Source of the DNA: Candidatus Marinacidobacterium sp.
GTDB taxonomy: Bacteria; Acidobacteriota; Vicinamibacteria; Marinacidobacterales; Marinacidobacteraceae
Length of the DNA: 64,000 nt
Assembly (NCBI GenBank): GCA_965220965.1
Contig: OZ244852.1
Span: 1,056,001-1,120,000 of the forward strand
Reading direction: 5' to 3'
The position numbers and the translations under genes were made by a program. Below, one piece after another: positions 18,909 through 27,860 of the stretch. Within the stretch, counting starts at the first letter, position 1. Each line of letters starts with the position of its first letter. The notes beneath the pieces were generated by a model that did not search any database, was not told where the DNA came from, and was given only the letters and a program-made list of their open reading frames with translations.

Positions 18909-21206
18909 ATGCCCAACAAGCTGCGCATCCTGGCTGCGGGGGCGGCGCTGACGGTCGTCACCGTCGTGCCCCTCTACGGCGTGGCCGGCGCCAACTTCGG
19001 CCTTCTCGAGAGCCCCATGTCGGGGGCGCTCGTCGGCATCCTGGCGGGACTCGTGGCCCTCGGCCTCTGTTTCGCGGTTCTTCACTGGGCCGGCAAGCTG
19101 GCGAGCTGGTTCAGCCGGGACGTCCTCGTCGTCATCCTCACCTCGGCGGCGGCGCTGGTGCTGCTGCGGGAATACGTCGTGGGGTGGCCGGCGGCCCTCC
19201 TTCCGGGTCTGTTCGGCGTTGCGCTCGGGACGCCGTTCCTGCTCGGGTGCGGACTGGCCCTGCTGTTCCGGCCCCGGCGGCAGCGACACCGGATCCTGGG
19301 GTCCTTCGGCGTCCTCGGCGGCGCCGCGCTCGGCGTCTGGGGGATCACCTGGCTGATGTCCCCGGGCGAGGATCCGTTCCCTCGCAACCCGCTCGCCCAG
19401 CCGGACGCGCGCGTCGCGGTGCTCGAGGATCCGGCGGATCACGGAGACTACGAGTTCACCCTGCTGACCTACGGGAGCGGTGATGACCGGCGGCGTCCGG
19501 AGTTCGGCGAGGACGTGGACATCCCCTCGCGTTCGGTGGACCTCTCGCCGGTGCTTCCCGAGTGGCGGGGATTTCGCGCCACCCACCGCGAGTGGTGGTG
19601 GGGGTTCGGGATCGAGCGCGCCCCGGTCAACGGACGGCTCCACCTCCCCGACGTGGAGTCCGGGGACCGGCGGCCGCTGGCGCTGATCGTCCACGGCAAC
19701 CACCGCATGGACGACTTCTCGGACGACGGCTACGGCTACATCAACGAGTTGCTCGCGAGCCACGGCATCGCCGCCGTCTCGGTGGACGCCAACTTCCTCA
19801 ACGGGACGTGGTCCGGCGACTTCGGGGGCCGTGAGATGCCGGCGCGGGCGATCCTGCTGCTCGAACACCTGCACCAGCTCCGCGAGTGGGCCCGGAACCC
19901 GAGGACCCCGGTCTTCAACCGGCTCGACTTCGACCGGGTGGCGCTTCTCGGACACTCGCGCGGAGGAGAGGCCGCCGCCATCGCGGCGGCGTTCAACGAA
20001 CTGGGGCGATTCCCGGACGACGCGCGCTACGAGTTCGACTACCGGTTCGGGATCGAGGCGGTCGTGGCGATCGCGCAGATCGACCGCCGTTACTCGCGCC
20101 GCATCGAACTCGAGGATGTCCATTTCCTCGCCGTCCACGGGTCCTACGACACCGACGAGCCCAGCTACCACGGCCTCCGCCAGTTCCACCGGGTGCGCCT
20201 CTCGCCGGCGACGGCGCCGGCCGGGGAAGCGGAAGAGGGCGCGGCCGACCAGGCCGGTCTCTCTTACCGGATCAAGGCCGGCGTCCTCGCGCACCGCGCC
20301 AACCACGGGCAGTTCAATTCGACCTGGGGGATGGACTCCGGTTTCCCCGGCCACTACTGGCTGAACCGCGCGCCCCTCCTTCGGGCCTGGGAGCAGCAGC
20401 GGATCGCGGCGGTCTACATCTCGGCCTTCCTCCGGGCGACCCTGCTGGGCGAGGAGCGGTTCGTTCCCCTCCTCCAGGACTACCGGGCCGGCCTGGCCCA
20501 TCTGCCGGAGACCCTCTACCAGAGCCAGTACTCCGACTCCCGGACCGGGACCGTCGCGGACTTCCGGGAAGACCTCGACCTCTCGACGGCGACGCTCCCC
20601 GACGCCGTCATCGAGGCAAGCGGTTTTGCGCGCTGGACCGAGGAGGAGGTGTTCTTCCGGGACGGATCGAAACAGGGCGACTCGGCCGCGCGGCTCACCA
20701 TAGGAAACACCGGCGACGAGGACCCCACCTACGAGATCCGGTTCGCCGAGCCCCTCGATGTGAGCGAGGAAGACGAGCTGTCGCTGGCCATCGCGTGGGA
20801 TCCGGCGCGGCCCGAACCCCCTCCCGAGGGCGGCTGGGCGCGCCCTTCGCTGGCGATGACGGTCCAGTTCGTGATGGGGGACGACACCTCCGGTTCCCCG
20901 GTCGCGGTGGCGTCGGTCCGGTCGCCCGAGCCTCCGTTCCAGGTCCGGTTCCTGAAGCCGGAGGGCCTGAACCGCGAGCGGTACCGGCGCGACATCGAGT
21001 GGATCCCGCAGACCGTGCTGATCGGGGTCGCCGGGCTGCTGCCGCCGGCGCCGGAGACGACGAACCCCCCGCAGGCGATTCCACCCGTCGTCCCGCGAAC
21101 CGTGCCCCTTCGAAGCATCCGCTTCCGCTTCGACCGCCGGGTCCCCGGAGAAGTCCTCCTCCAGGAGGTGGCGCTCCGGAGGGCCGCCAGTCCGGTCGGC
21201 GGCTGA
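18909..21206 (+). CDS. Membrane-anchored alpha/beta hydrolase (chlorophyllase-like)
   Basis: N-terminal TM helices; IVHGNH, GYGY, nucleophile elbow GHSRGG, HGSYDTD, ANHGQFN. Confidence 0.8.
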   Translation: MPNKLRILAAGAALTVVTVVPLYGVAGANFGLLESPMSGALVGILAGLVALGLCFAVLHWAGKLASWFSRDVLVVILTSAAALVLLREYVVGWPAALLPGLFGVALGTPFLLGCGLALLFRPRRQRHRILGSFGVLGGAALGVWGITWLMSPGEDPFPRNPLAQPDARVAVLEDPADHGDYEFTLLTYGSGDDRRRPEFGEDVDIPSRSVDLSPVLPEWRGFRATHREWWWGFGIERAPVNGRLHLPDVESGDRRPLALIVHGNHRMDDFSDDGYGYINELLASHGIAAVSVDANFLNGTWSGDFGGREMPARAILLLEHLHQLREWARNPRTPVFNRLDFDRVALLGHSRGGEAAAIAAAFNELGRFPDDARYEFDYRFGIEAVVAIAQIDRRYSRRIELEDVHFLAVHGSYDTDEPSYHGLRQFHRVRLSPATAPAGEAEEGAADQAGLSYRIKAGVLAHRANHGQFNSTWGMDSGFPGHYWLNRAPLLRAWEQQRIAAVYISAFLRATLLGEERFVPLLQDYRAGLAHLPETLYQSQYSDSRTGTVADFREDLDLSTATLPDAVIEASGFARWTEEEVFFRDGSKQGDSAARLTIGNTGDEDPTYEIRFAEPLDVSEEDELSLAIAWDPARPEPPPEGGWARPSLAMTVQFVMGDDTSGSPVAVASVRSPEPPFQVRFLKPEGLNRERYRRDIEWIPQTVLIGVAGLLPPAPETTNPPQAIPPVVPRTVPLRSIRFRFDRRVPGEVLLQEVALRRAASPVGG

Positions 21207-21232
21207 GCGCGGACCCGTCGGGAACCGGCAGG

Positions 21233-21985
21233 GTGGCCACCAGCGGGGCCGCCGGCCCGCGGACGAGCGATCTGGCCGCCTTCGGGCCGCCGGCGCCCGC
21301 CCCCGGACTCCGGCGGCCGCTGGTCACCGTCAGCTACGCCCAGAGCCTCGACGGTTCGATTGCGGAGAACCCGGGGGAGCAGCTTCGTCTGAGCGGCGCC
21401 CGGTCCCTCGAGATGACGCACAGCCTGCGGGCGGCCCATGACGCCATCCTGGTGGGGATCGGCACGGTGCTGGCCGACGACCCCCAGCTCAACGTTCGCC
21501 TGGCGGCCGGCCGCAGCCCGGTCCCCATCGTTCTGGACAGCCGTCTCCGGCTTCCCCGCGACTCGCGCCTCGTGACGGGCGCGGCGCAGTCCGGGACTCC
21601 GGGGGTCCTCGTGGCCTCGACGGACGACGCCCCGGCCTCCGCCGCGGCGGCCCTCGAACGCCTGGGGGTCTCGGTGCTCTCCTTTCCGGGGAAGGAGGGG
21701 CGCGTCCCGCTCGGTCCGCTGTTCCGGGAGCTCACCCGCCGGGGCGTCCGCCGGGTTCTCGTCGAAGGCGGCGGGCAGGTGCTGACCTCGCTCTTTGGAG
21801 AACAGCTCGTGGACTGGGTGGTGATCACGGTGGCGCCCCGCCTGGTGGGAGGCGAGCCCGCGCTCTTCCGGATGGGCGCCCCCGTCGAACTCGAGGGCCT
21901 TCGGTGGACGCGGCTGGGGAACGATCTCGTCTTCGGCGGCCGCCCCCGCTTTGGCCGACGCGCATCCGGAGCGGCCGGGCGATGA
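21233..21985 (+). CDS. RibD C-terminal-like pyrimidine reductase (start uncertain)
   Basis: SYAQSLDGSIA, H.LRAAHDAILVGIGTVLADDPQLNVR, VEGGG. Confidence 0.88.
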   Translation: MATSGAAGPRTSDLAAFGPPAPAPGLRRPLVTVSYAQSLDGSIAENPGEQLRLSGARSLEMTHSLRAAHDAILVGIGTVLADDPQLNVRLAAGRSPVPIVLDSRLRLPRDSRLVTGAAQSGTPGVLVASTDDAPASAAAALERLGVSVLSFPGKEGRVPLGPLFRELTRRGVRRVLVEGGGQVLTSLFGEQLVDWVVITVAPRLVGGEPALFRMGAPVELEGLRWTRLGNDLVFGGRPRFGRRASGAAGR

Positions 21986-23037
21986 GCGCCGGCGCGGGCG
22001 GCGGCGTCGAGCGCCTCTCGGTCTGGTTCGAGGCTCCGAAGACCATCGGGGTGCGCCGTGACCGCTGCCCTGCACCCGGCCCCGGAGAGGTCCGGGTGCG
22101 CGTCCGGTTCTGCGCGATCAGCGCGGGGACCGAGCTGGCCGCCTACCGGGGCCAGCTCGACCCGGACCTGGAGCGCGACGAAACCCTCGGCGCCTTGCGG
22201 GAGGGCGGGTTCCGGTTCCCGTTCCAGTACGGGTACGCCTCGGTGGGCCGGGTCGTGGCGCCGGAACCGACCGATGCGGACCGACCCGGGCGCCGGGTCT
22301 TCGCGTTCACGCCCCACCAGACGGTCTTCTGCGCGCCGGCCGAGGACCTTCACGCCGTGCCGGACGCCGTCCCGGACGAGCGGGCGGCGCTATTTCCGTA
22401 TCTGGAGACCGCGGTCAACCTGCTCCTCGACGGGCCGCCGCGAGTCGGCGACCGGGTGGCGGTCGTGGGGCAGGGAGCGCTGGGCCTCGCGCTGACGGCC
22501 GTGCTCGCGCGCTTTCCGCTCGGCGCGCTGGCGACGGTGGAGCCGAAAGCGGAACGCCGGAAGCTCTCGCGAGCGTTCGGCGCGCGGGAGTCCGTCGCCC
22601 CCGAGGCGGGCCCGGAAGCGGTCCGGGCTGCGCTCGGCGGCCGAGCCGAACTCGTGTTCGAGGTTTCGGGCAGCGGGGCGGGCCTCGACCTGGCCGTCCG
22701 CCTGGCCGCCCGCGAGGGGCGCGTGGTGGCCGGCTCCTGGCATGCGGGGTCGCCCACGCCGCTGGACCTCGGGGGCTGGTTCCACCGCGGCCGGGTGCGG
22801 ATCGTCTCGAGCCAGGTCAGCCGCCTGCCGCCGCTCCCGCCCGCCTGGACCGTGGAGCGTCGCCGCGCCCTCGCCTGGTCGCTGCTCGAGTCCGTTCCCC
22901 TCGAACGGCTGGTGGACCGCGTCGTCCCGTTCGGGGAGGCGGCCCGCGCCTACGCGACGCTGGATCGGGGCGAGGCCGTTTCGGTGCTGCTCTCCTGCGA
23001 GGAAGGGGCGGCCGCGTCGACGTCCCCCTCTTCCTGA
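21982..23037 (+). CDS. MDR/zinc-binding-type dehydrogenase
   Basis: ISAGTE, FPFQYGYASVG, ETAVN, VVGQGALG, EVSG. Confidence 0.82.
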   Translation: MSAGAGGGVERLSVWFEAPKTIGVRRDRCPAPGPGEVRVRVRFCAISAGTELAAYRGQLDPDLERDETLGALREGGFRFPFQYGYASVGRVVAPEPTDADRPGRRVFAFTPHQTVFCAPAEDLHAVPDAVPDERAALFPYLETAVNLLLDGPPRVGDRVAVVGQGALGLALTAVLARFPLGALATVEPKAERRKLSRAFGARESVAPEAGPEAVRAALGGRAELVFEVSGSGAGLDLAVRLAAREGRVVAGSWHAGSPTPLDLGGWFHRGRVRIVSSQVSRLPPLPPAWTVERRRALAWSLLESVPLERLVDRVVPFGEAARAYATLDRGEAVSVLLSCEEGAAASTSPSS

Positions 23038-25088
23038 GCCCGGGTCTCCTCGGCGAGCCACTCGTAGATCGACTGCTGCGCCGCCGCCGGCGGCCCCTCC
23101 CTGAAGGCCCGCTCGTTCAGGCCGAAGGAGTCGTGCTTTCGCGCCTTGAGGTTGTCCGCCCACTGCAGATCCAGATAACGGCGAAGCGCCGACTGGATCC
23201 TGGGGTCGTAGATCGGACACGCGATCTCGACCCGGCGGTTGAGATTCCTGGGCATCCAGTCGCTGGACGCGAGGAAATAGAGCGGGTCGCCCCCGTTGCC
23301 GAACACCAGGATCCGCGAGTGTTCGAGGTACCGGTCCAGGATCGACACCGCGCGGAAGTTCTTCTCGTCGAGGTCCTCGCAGGGCATCGAGAAGGTGCCC
23401 CGCACCAGGAGCCGGACCTGAACGCCGGCCTCGGCGGCGTCGCGCAGCAGGGCCACGATTTCCGGGTCGGAGAGGTGGTTCAGCTTGGCCTCCACCAGGG
23501 CGGGTTCTCCGGCGCGGGCGCGCTCGGTCTCGGCGAGGATCAGCTCGCGGAGGTGGGAACGGAGCGCCCAGGGGGCGACCACCAGATGGTCCATCTCACG
23601 CGACCCGTAGGGCCGCTCGATCACCCGGAGCAGGCGCCGGATGTCCTCACAGATGCCGGGGTGGGCGGTCAGCAGGAAGTGGTCGGCGTAGAGGTTGGCG
23701 GTGACCTCGTTCAGGTTGCCGGTTCCGATGAAGCCGTAGAGCCCCGACTTGCCCTTGCGGACCCGTTCGATGAGGCCCACCTTGGCGTGGATCTTGAGCC
23801 CGGGCGGGCCGAAGAGCACCGTGACGCCTTCCCGGGTCAGTTCGTCGGTGAACTCGATGTTCGAGGTCTCGTCGAAGCGGGCGGTCAGTTCGACGACCGC
23901 GGTGACCTGCTTCCCGTTCCGCGCCGCGTTGATCAGCGCCCGCACCACGCCCGAGTTCGTCGCGACCCGGTAGAGCGTCACGCCGATCCGGGTCACCTTG
24001 GGGTCGATGGCCGCCTCGCGCAACAGATCGAGCACGTAGGAGAAGCGCTGGTAGGGGGTGTGGATGAGGATGTCCCGGGTCCGCATCGCCCGCATCACGG
24101 AGCGCCTTCGATCCAGCTCCGGGATCCTCAGGTTCGGCCACTTGCGGTGCCGATGGGCCCGGTCGACCCGCGGAAAGTCGATGAAGTCCTTGAAGTTGTG
24201 GTGGCGCCCGCCCGGAACGAGCACCCTCGGGTCATGGACCTGAAGCCCCTGACGGACCATCCCGAGCAGGTCGTCGGGCATGGCTTCGTCGTAGACGAAC
24301 CGGACGAGGGCGGCCGTCCGCCGCCGCTTGACGCTCTTCTCCACCCGCTGGAGAAAGCTGTCCTTCGGGTGCCCCTCGAGGTCGAGACCCGCGTCGCGGG
24401 TGAGCTTCACGACGAAACCCGCCGCGGACTTCACCCGGAAGATCGAGAAGACGTCGGGCAGGCGGTGCCGGATGATGTCCTCGAGCAGGATGATCGTGAC
24501 CCGATCGTCCGCGTCGGGGAGGCGAACGAAGCGGGGGACGGCGCGGGTCGGCACATCGACCATCGCGTAGATCGGGTCGCGCTGACCGACGCGGATCACC
24601 CGCACCGCGAGGTAGATCTCCCGCTCGTCGAGGTTCAGCACCCGGTCATCCCGGCCGAGCATGATGGGGGTGATGTGGGGGCGGACCTTGCCGTCGAAGA
24701 AGTCCCGGACGAAGTCCGCCTGTTCCGGATTCAGGTCCGCCTCGGTGACGATCCGGATGCCGTGATCCTCGAGACGCGCCAGGACCTGGTGGTAGGTGCG
24801 CAGGAAGATCGTCTGGTCCCGGAGGATCCGCCGCTGGATCTCCGCGAGCAGCGCGCCCGCGCGGCGGCCCTCGGCGTCACGCGCCGCCCGCCGCCGCACG
24901 GTGGCGACGCGGACCCGGTAGAACTCGTCCTGGTTGCTCGAGAAGATGCCGAGGAAACGAAGCCGCTCCAGCAGCGGCGTGGATTCGTCCCGAGCCTCCT
25001 GGAGCACGCGGGCGTTGAACGCGAGCTGGGACAGCTCGCGCGGGATGAGTTCCGTCGACCGGGCCGTCGACCTGGACTGATGCGCCAT
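22950..25088 (-). CDS. ppk1: Polyphosphate kinase 1
   Basis: RELSQLAFNARVL, LLERLRFLGIFSSNQDEF, TLYRVA, ELTARFDE, KIHAK, TGNLN, LEHSR, SSDWMPRNLNRRVE. Confidence 0.96.
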   Translation of the reverse strand: MAHQSRSTARSTELIPRELSQLAFNARVLQEARDESTPLLERLRFLGIFSSNQDEFYRVRVATVRRRAARDAEGRRAGALLAEIQRRILRDQTIFLRTYHQVLARLEDHGIRIVTEADLNPEQADFVRDFFDGKVRPHITPIMLGRDDRVLNLDEREIYLAVRVIRVGQRDPIYAMVDVPTRAVPRFVRLPDADDRVTIILLEDIIRHRLPDVFSIFRVKSAAGFVVKLTRDAGLDLEGHPKDSFLQRVEKSVKRRRTAALVRFVYDEAMPDDLLGMVRQGLQVHDPRVLVPGGRHHNFKDFIDFPRVDRAHRHRKWPNLRIPELDRRRSVMRAMRTRDILIHTPYQRFSYVLDLLREAAIDPKVTRIGVTLYRVATNSGVVRALINAARNGKQVTAVVELTARFDETSNIEFTDELTREGVTVLFGPPGLKIHAKVGLIERVRKGKSGLYGFIGTGNLNEVTANLYADHFLLTAHPGICEDIRRLLRVIERPYGSREMDHLVVAPWALRSHLRELILAETERARAGEPALVEAKLNHLSDPEIVALLRDAAEAGVQVRLLVRGTFSMPCEDLDEKNFRAVSILDRYLEHSRILVFGNGGDPLYFLASSDWMPRNLNRRVEIACPIYDPRIQSALRRYLDLQWADNLKARKHDSFGLNERAFREGPPAAAQQSIYEWLAEETRAQEEGDVDAAAPSSQESSTETASPRSSVA

Positions 25089-25186
25089 CGTTTCGGGGGA
25101 GCTGCGGTCCTGACCCGCCGGCGCCGCGGGCTTCGGCCGGAGCCGCGCCGCGCGGTGTGCTCTGACCGCATTCGTACACTAGACGA

Positions 25187-26252
25187 ATGCCGCCGAGCGG
25201 AGCGCCTCCGACCGCTAGCAGTCCGTTGATAAAGTCGCGTGCAGCGCCGAGAGCGGTGAGGCGCCCGGCCGACAAGGCGCGTGAGCGAGGAATATCGGGA
25301 ATATTGCGAGCGAAACGCAACGATGAGCGCCCCGAAGGGGCGTGATTCGGGCGGGGCCAGTCCTCCCGGTGGGGGCCATCGCCGCTCGAACGCCGCGGGA
25401 CTTTGTCAACGGGCTGCTCAAGACCGAGGCGGGGCCGCGGAAGGCTGGACGCTGGTCACCGGCGCCTCCATGGGAATCGGCCTGGAACTGGCGCGGATCG
25501 CCGCCGCGGACGGCCGGAATCTGGTGCTCGTGGCCCGGACGGCTTCGCTCCTCGAAGAGCTCGCCGCCGATCTGCGCAGCGCGCACGGCGTCGAGGTCCG
25601 GTGCCTGCCGGTCGACCTCACCGAGCCCGGGGCGGCCGACCGGATCCATTCGGCGACCGAGGAGGCCGGCATCGAGGTGGACTTCCTGGTGAACAACGCC
25701 GGCGTCGGGTTCAGCGGGGCGTTCCATCAGACGGCCGTGAAGCGACACCGCTTGATGCTCTCGCTGAATCTGGGGGCGCTCGTGGAGCTCTCGTCCCGCT
25801 ATCTGCCGGCCATGGTGGAGCGGGGCGGGGGACGCATCCTGAACGTGGGATCGGCGGCGGGCTTCGTCCCGGGCCTCGGATTCACCACCTACGCCGCGAC
25901 CAAGAGCTTCGTGCTCTATTTCACCGAGGGGCTCCATGCAGAGCTGGGCGGTACCGGGGTCACGGCGAGCGTGCTCGCCCCCGCCACGGTGGCGACCCCG
26001 TTCCTCGACAAGGCGGGCATTCCCGGGGCCCCGCGCTGGCTGCGGTGGTCGGTCGCGGACGCCCGGGCGGTCGCCGAGGCCGGCTATCGCGGAGCGCTGC
26101 GCGGCCGGGTCGTGATCACCCCGGGCTTCGCGTTTCCGGTGGCGATTCTCTCCCGGTTCTTTCCGCGCCGGGCCTGGCGCTGGATCGGGCGGCAGGTGGC
26201 GCGCCGGTTTCTCCGCAACGCTCCGGCCGCTCCCGGAGGGAACGCTTCGTGA
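25187..26252 (+). pseudogene. Short-chain dehydrogenase/reductase interrupted after codon 10 by the MITE-like element (may be re-started from ATG 25323 inside the element)
   Basis: TGASMGIG, NNAG, YAATK intact; no start codon between the element end and the Rossmann motif; deleting 25217-25418 fuses ATG 25187 in frame. Confidence 0.7.
25217..25418 (+). mobile_element. MITE-like fold-back element, copy 2 (202 bp)
   Basis: TIRs AGCAGTCCGTTGATAAAGTC / GACTTTGTCAACGGGCTGCT (18/20); a 61-bp block is identical to copy 1. Confidence 0.85.
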
Positions 26253-26737
26253 CGTCCGACGCGACGCTCCCGGCCCACCGGCATCTGGACGAGCGCGGGA
26301 TCCCCTGGGAGCGGAAGGTGTTTCCGGCCTCGACCCCCCGGGGAGCGGCGTCGGTGGCGCAGGCGCTCGGCTTCCGCGAGCGTCAGATGGTGAAGACCCT
26401 GATCTTCGAGTCGGGGACCGGAGAGCGCGCCCTCATCGGCGTGGGCGGCGACCAGAACGTCGTCTCCGGGCTGCTCAAGAAGGCGATGGGAAACCGGAAC
26501 ATCCGGCTCGCGTCCCCGGAAGCGGTGATCGCGTTCACCGGCTACCGGATCGGCTCGATCCCGCCGTTCTCCTGGCAGCCCGCCGGCGCGCGCACCTTCC
26601 TGGACGAGGCCCTCATGGAGGAGCCGGTCCTGGGGGTCGGCGCGGGGGTCTGGGGCGAGGAGATCCTGATCACGCCGGCGGACCTGGTGAAGGCCGCGTC
26701 CGCGATCGTGGTGAACCTGACCCGCCGCCCGGCGTAG
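26249..26737 (+). CDS. YbaK/EbsC aminoacyl-tRNA deacylase family
   Basis: QMVKTLIF, TGYRIGSIPPF, GAG; GTGA overlap with the SDR stop. Confidence 0.88.
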   Translation: MTSDATLPAHRHLDERGIPWERKVFPASTPRGAASVAQALGFRERQMVKTLIFESGTGERALIGVGGDQNVVSGLLKKAMGNRNIRLASPEAVIAFTGYRIGSIPPFSWQPAGARTFLDEALMEEPVLGVGAGVWGEEILITPADLVKAASAIVVNLTRRPA

Positions 26738-26744
26738 CGATCCG

Positions 26745-27860
26745 CTACCGGTCGGCGCCGGCCGCGGTCTCGCGCACCAGGTCCACGATGGCCCCCGGAT
26801 GGGAGACCCGCACCGACGCCCCGGCGGGCAGGCGGATGGGCTCGGCGAACAGGAACCGCTCGTTCCAGTCCGCCTCGAAGCGGCGGATGCGCAGGAGCTC
26901 GGTGATCTCCCCGGACTCGCCGACCGCATCGACGCGGAACACCTCGTCCTGATCGCGTTCGGACGCCGAGGCGCCGAACGGCGGCAGGACGGCGAGCAGC
27001 GAGGCCGGACCGATCTCGGTGGTTCCCGGCTCGAGGACCATCACCTCGACGGCGGCGCCCGCTCCGGCGGGGAACACCGCGACCTCGAGGTCGTCCTCGA
27101 AGGCGTACCCCTCGGTCTCGAAGCCCTTCCGGTAGGTGACCTGGAGATGGAGCCCGGCCCCTTCCGGCAGTCGGTCGAACGTTCCGCCCGGACGAAGGCG
27201 CGGCCCCTGTCCCACGACCCAGGTGAACAGCGGAAGGCCGCTGTCGCAGCCATCGCCGACGAACAGCGCGGCGCGCCGCCGGATCGCATCGGCGCCGCCC
27301 GACCCCGACACCAGCGCGAATCCTCCCGCGGTCTCCGGGACGCCGGGGTCCCGCGCCAGTTCGGCGCAAACGGTGGCTGCGGAGGTCTCTTCGTCGATGA
27401 CGACCGGCTCGGCGAGCCGCAGCCGCGCCTCGGGGAGCGGTGAAGCCGCCGCGGCGTCTTCCGGCATCTCCGCCGGCGCAGGTCCCTCGGGAGCGAGGCC
27501 GATGGCCCAGTCCACCAGCATGTTCGTTTCCCGCTCATCGAGCGTCCGGGCGTGCGCGAAGGCGCCGACCCCGTCCTCGGGCAACCACGGCGGCATCCGG
27601 CCCTCGAGCACCTGACGGGCGATCGAGTTCGCCCACGGGATCGCATCGGCGTACCGCATCAGGTTGACCGGCGCCGGACCCTCGCCGCGGTGGCAGGAAG
27701 CGCAGTGGATCTCCATCAGCGGACGGATGTCCTCCCAGTAGGTGAACTTCGAGAGCTCGGGTTCGTGCGCTTCGGCCTCGGGAAAGAGCCCGGGGGCGAG
27801 CATGGCGGCGGAAATCAGCGCGCCTCCGGCGAGGGCGACGAGAAGCCTCCGGGCGTTCAT
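26745..27860 (-). CDS. Exported c-type cytochrome fused to a degenerate Cu-monooxygenase-like beta domain
   Basis: Signal peptide ending AEA-H; CASCH heme motif, MPPW distal Met; C-terminal F..DW...F.FAEPIRLPAG. Confidence 0.7.
   Translation of the reverse strand: MNARRLLVALAGGALISAAMLAPGLFPEAEAHEPELSKFTYWEDIRPLMEIHCASCHRGEGPAPVNLMRYADAIPWANSIARQVLEGRMPPWLPEDGVGAFAHARTLDERETNMLVDWAIGLAPEGPAPAEMPEDAAAASPLPEARLRLAEPVVIDEETSAATVCAELARDPGVPETAGGFALVSGSGGADAIRRRAALFVGDGCDSGLPLFTWVVGQGPRLRPGGTFDRLPEGAGLHLQVTYRKGFETEGYAFEDDLEVAVFPAGAGAAVEVMVLEPGTTEIGPASLLAVLPPFGASASERDQDEVFRVDAVGESGEITELLRIRRFEADWNERFLFAEPIRLPAGASVRVSHPGAIVDLVRETAAGADR

Noticed and set aside
19886-21985. Apparent long N-terminal fusions (also 10665-12569, 13740-15809, 26745-28685, 49790-51901, 53633-55015)
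   Set aside because: The extensions overlap upstream genes in another frame; internal starts coupled to upstream stops explain them.
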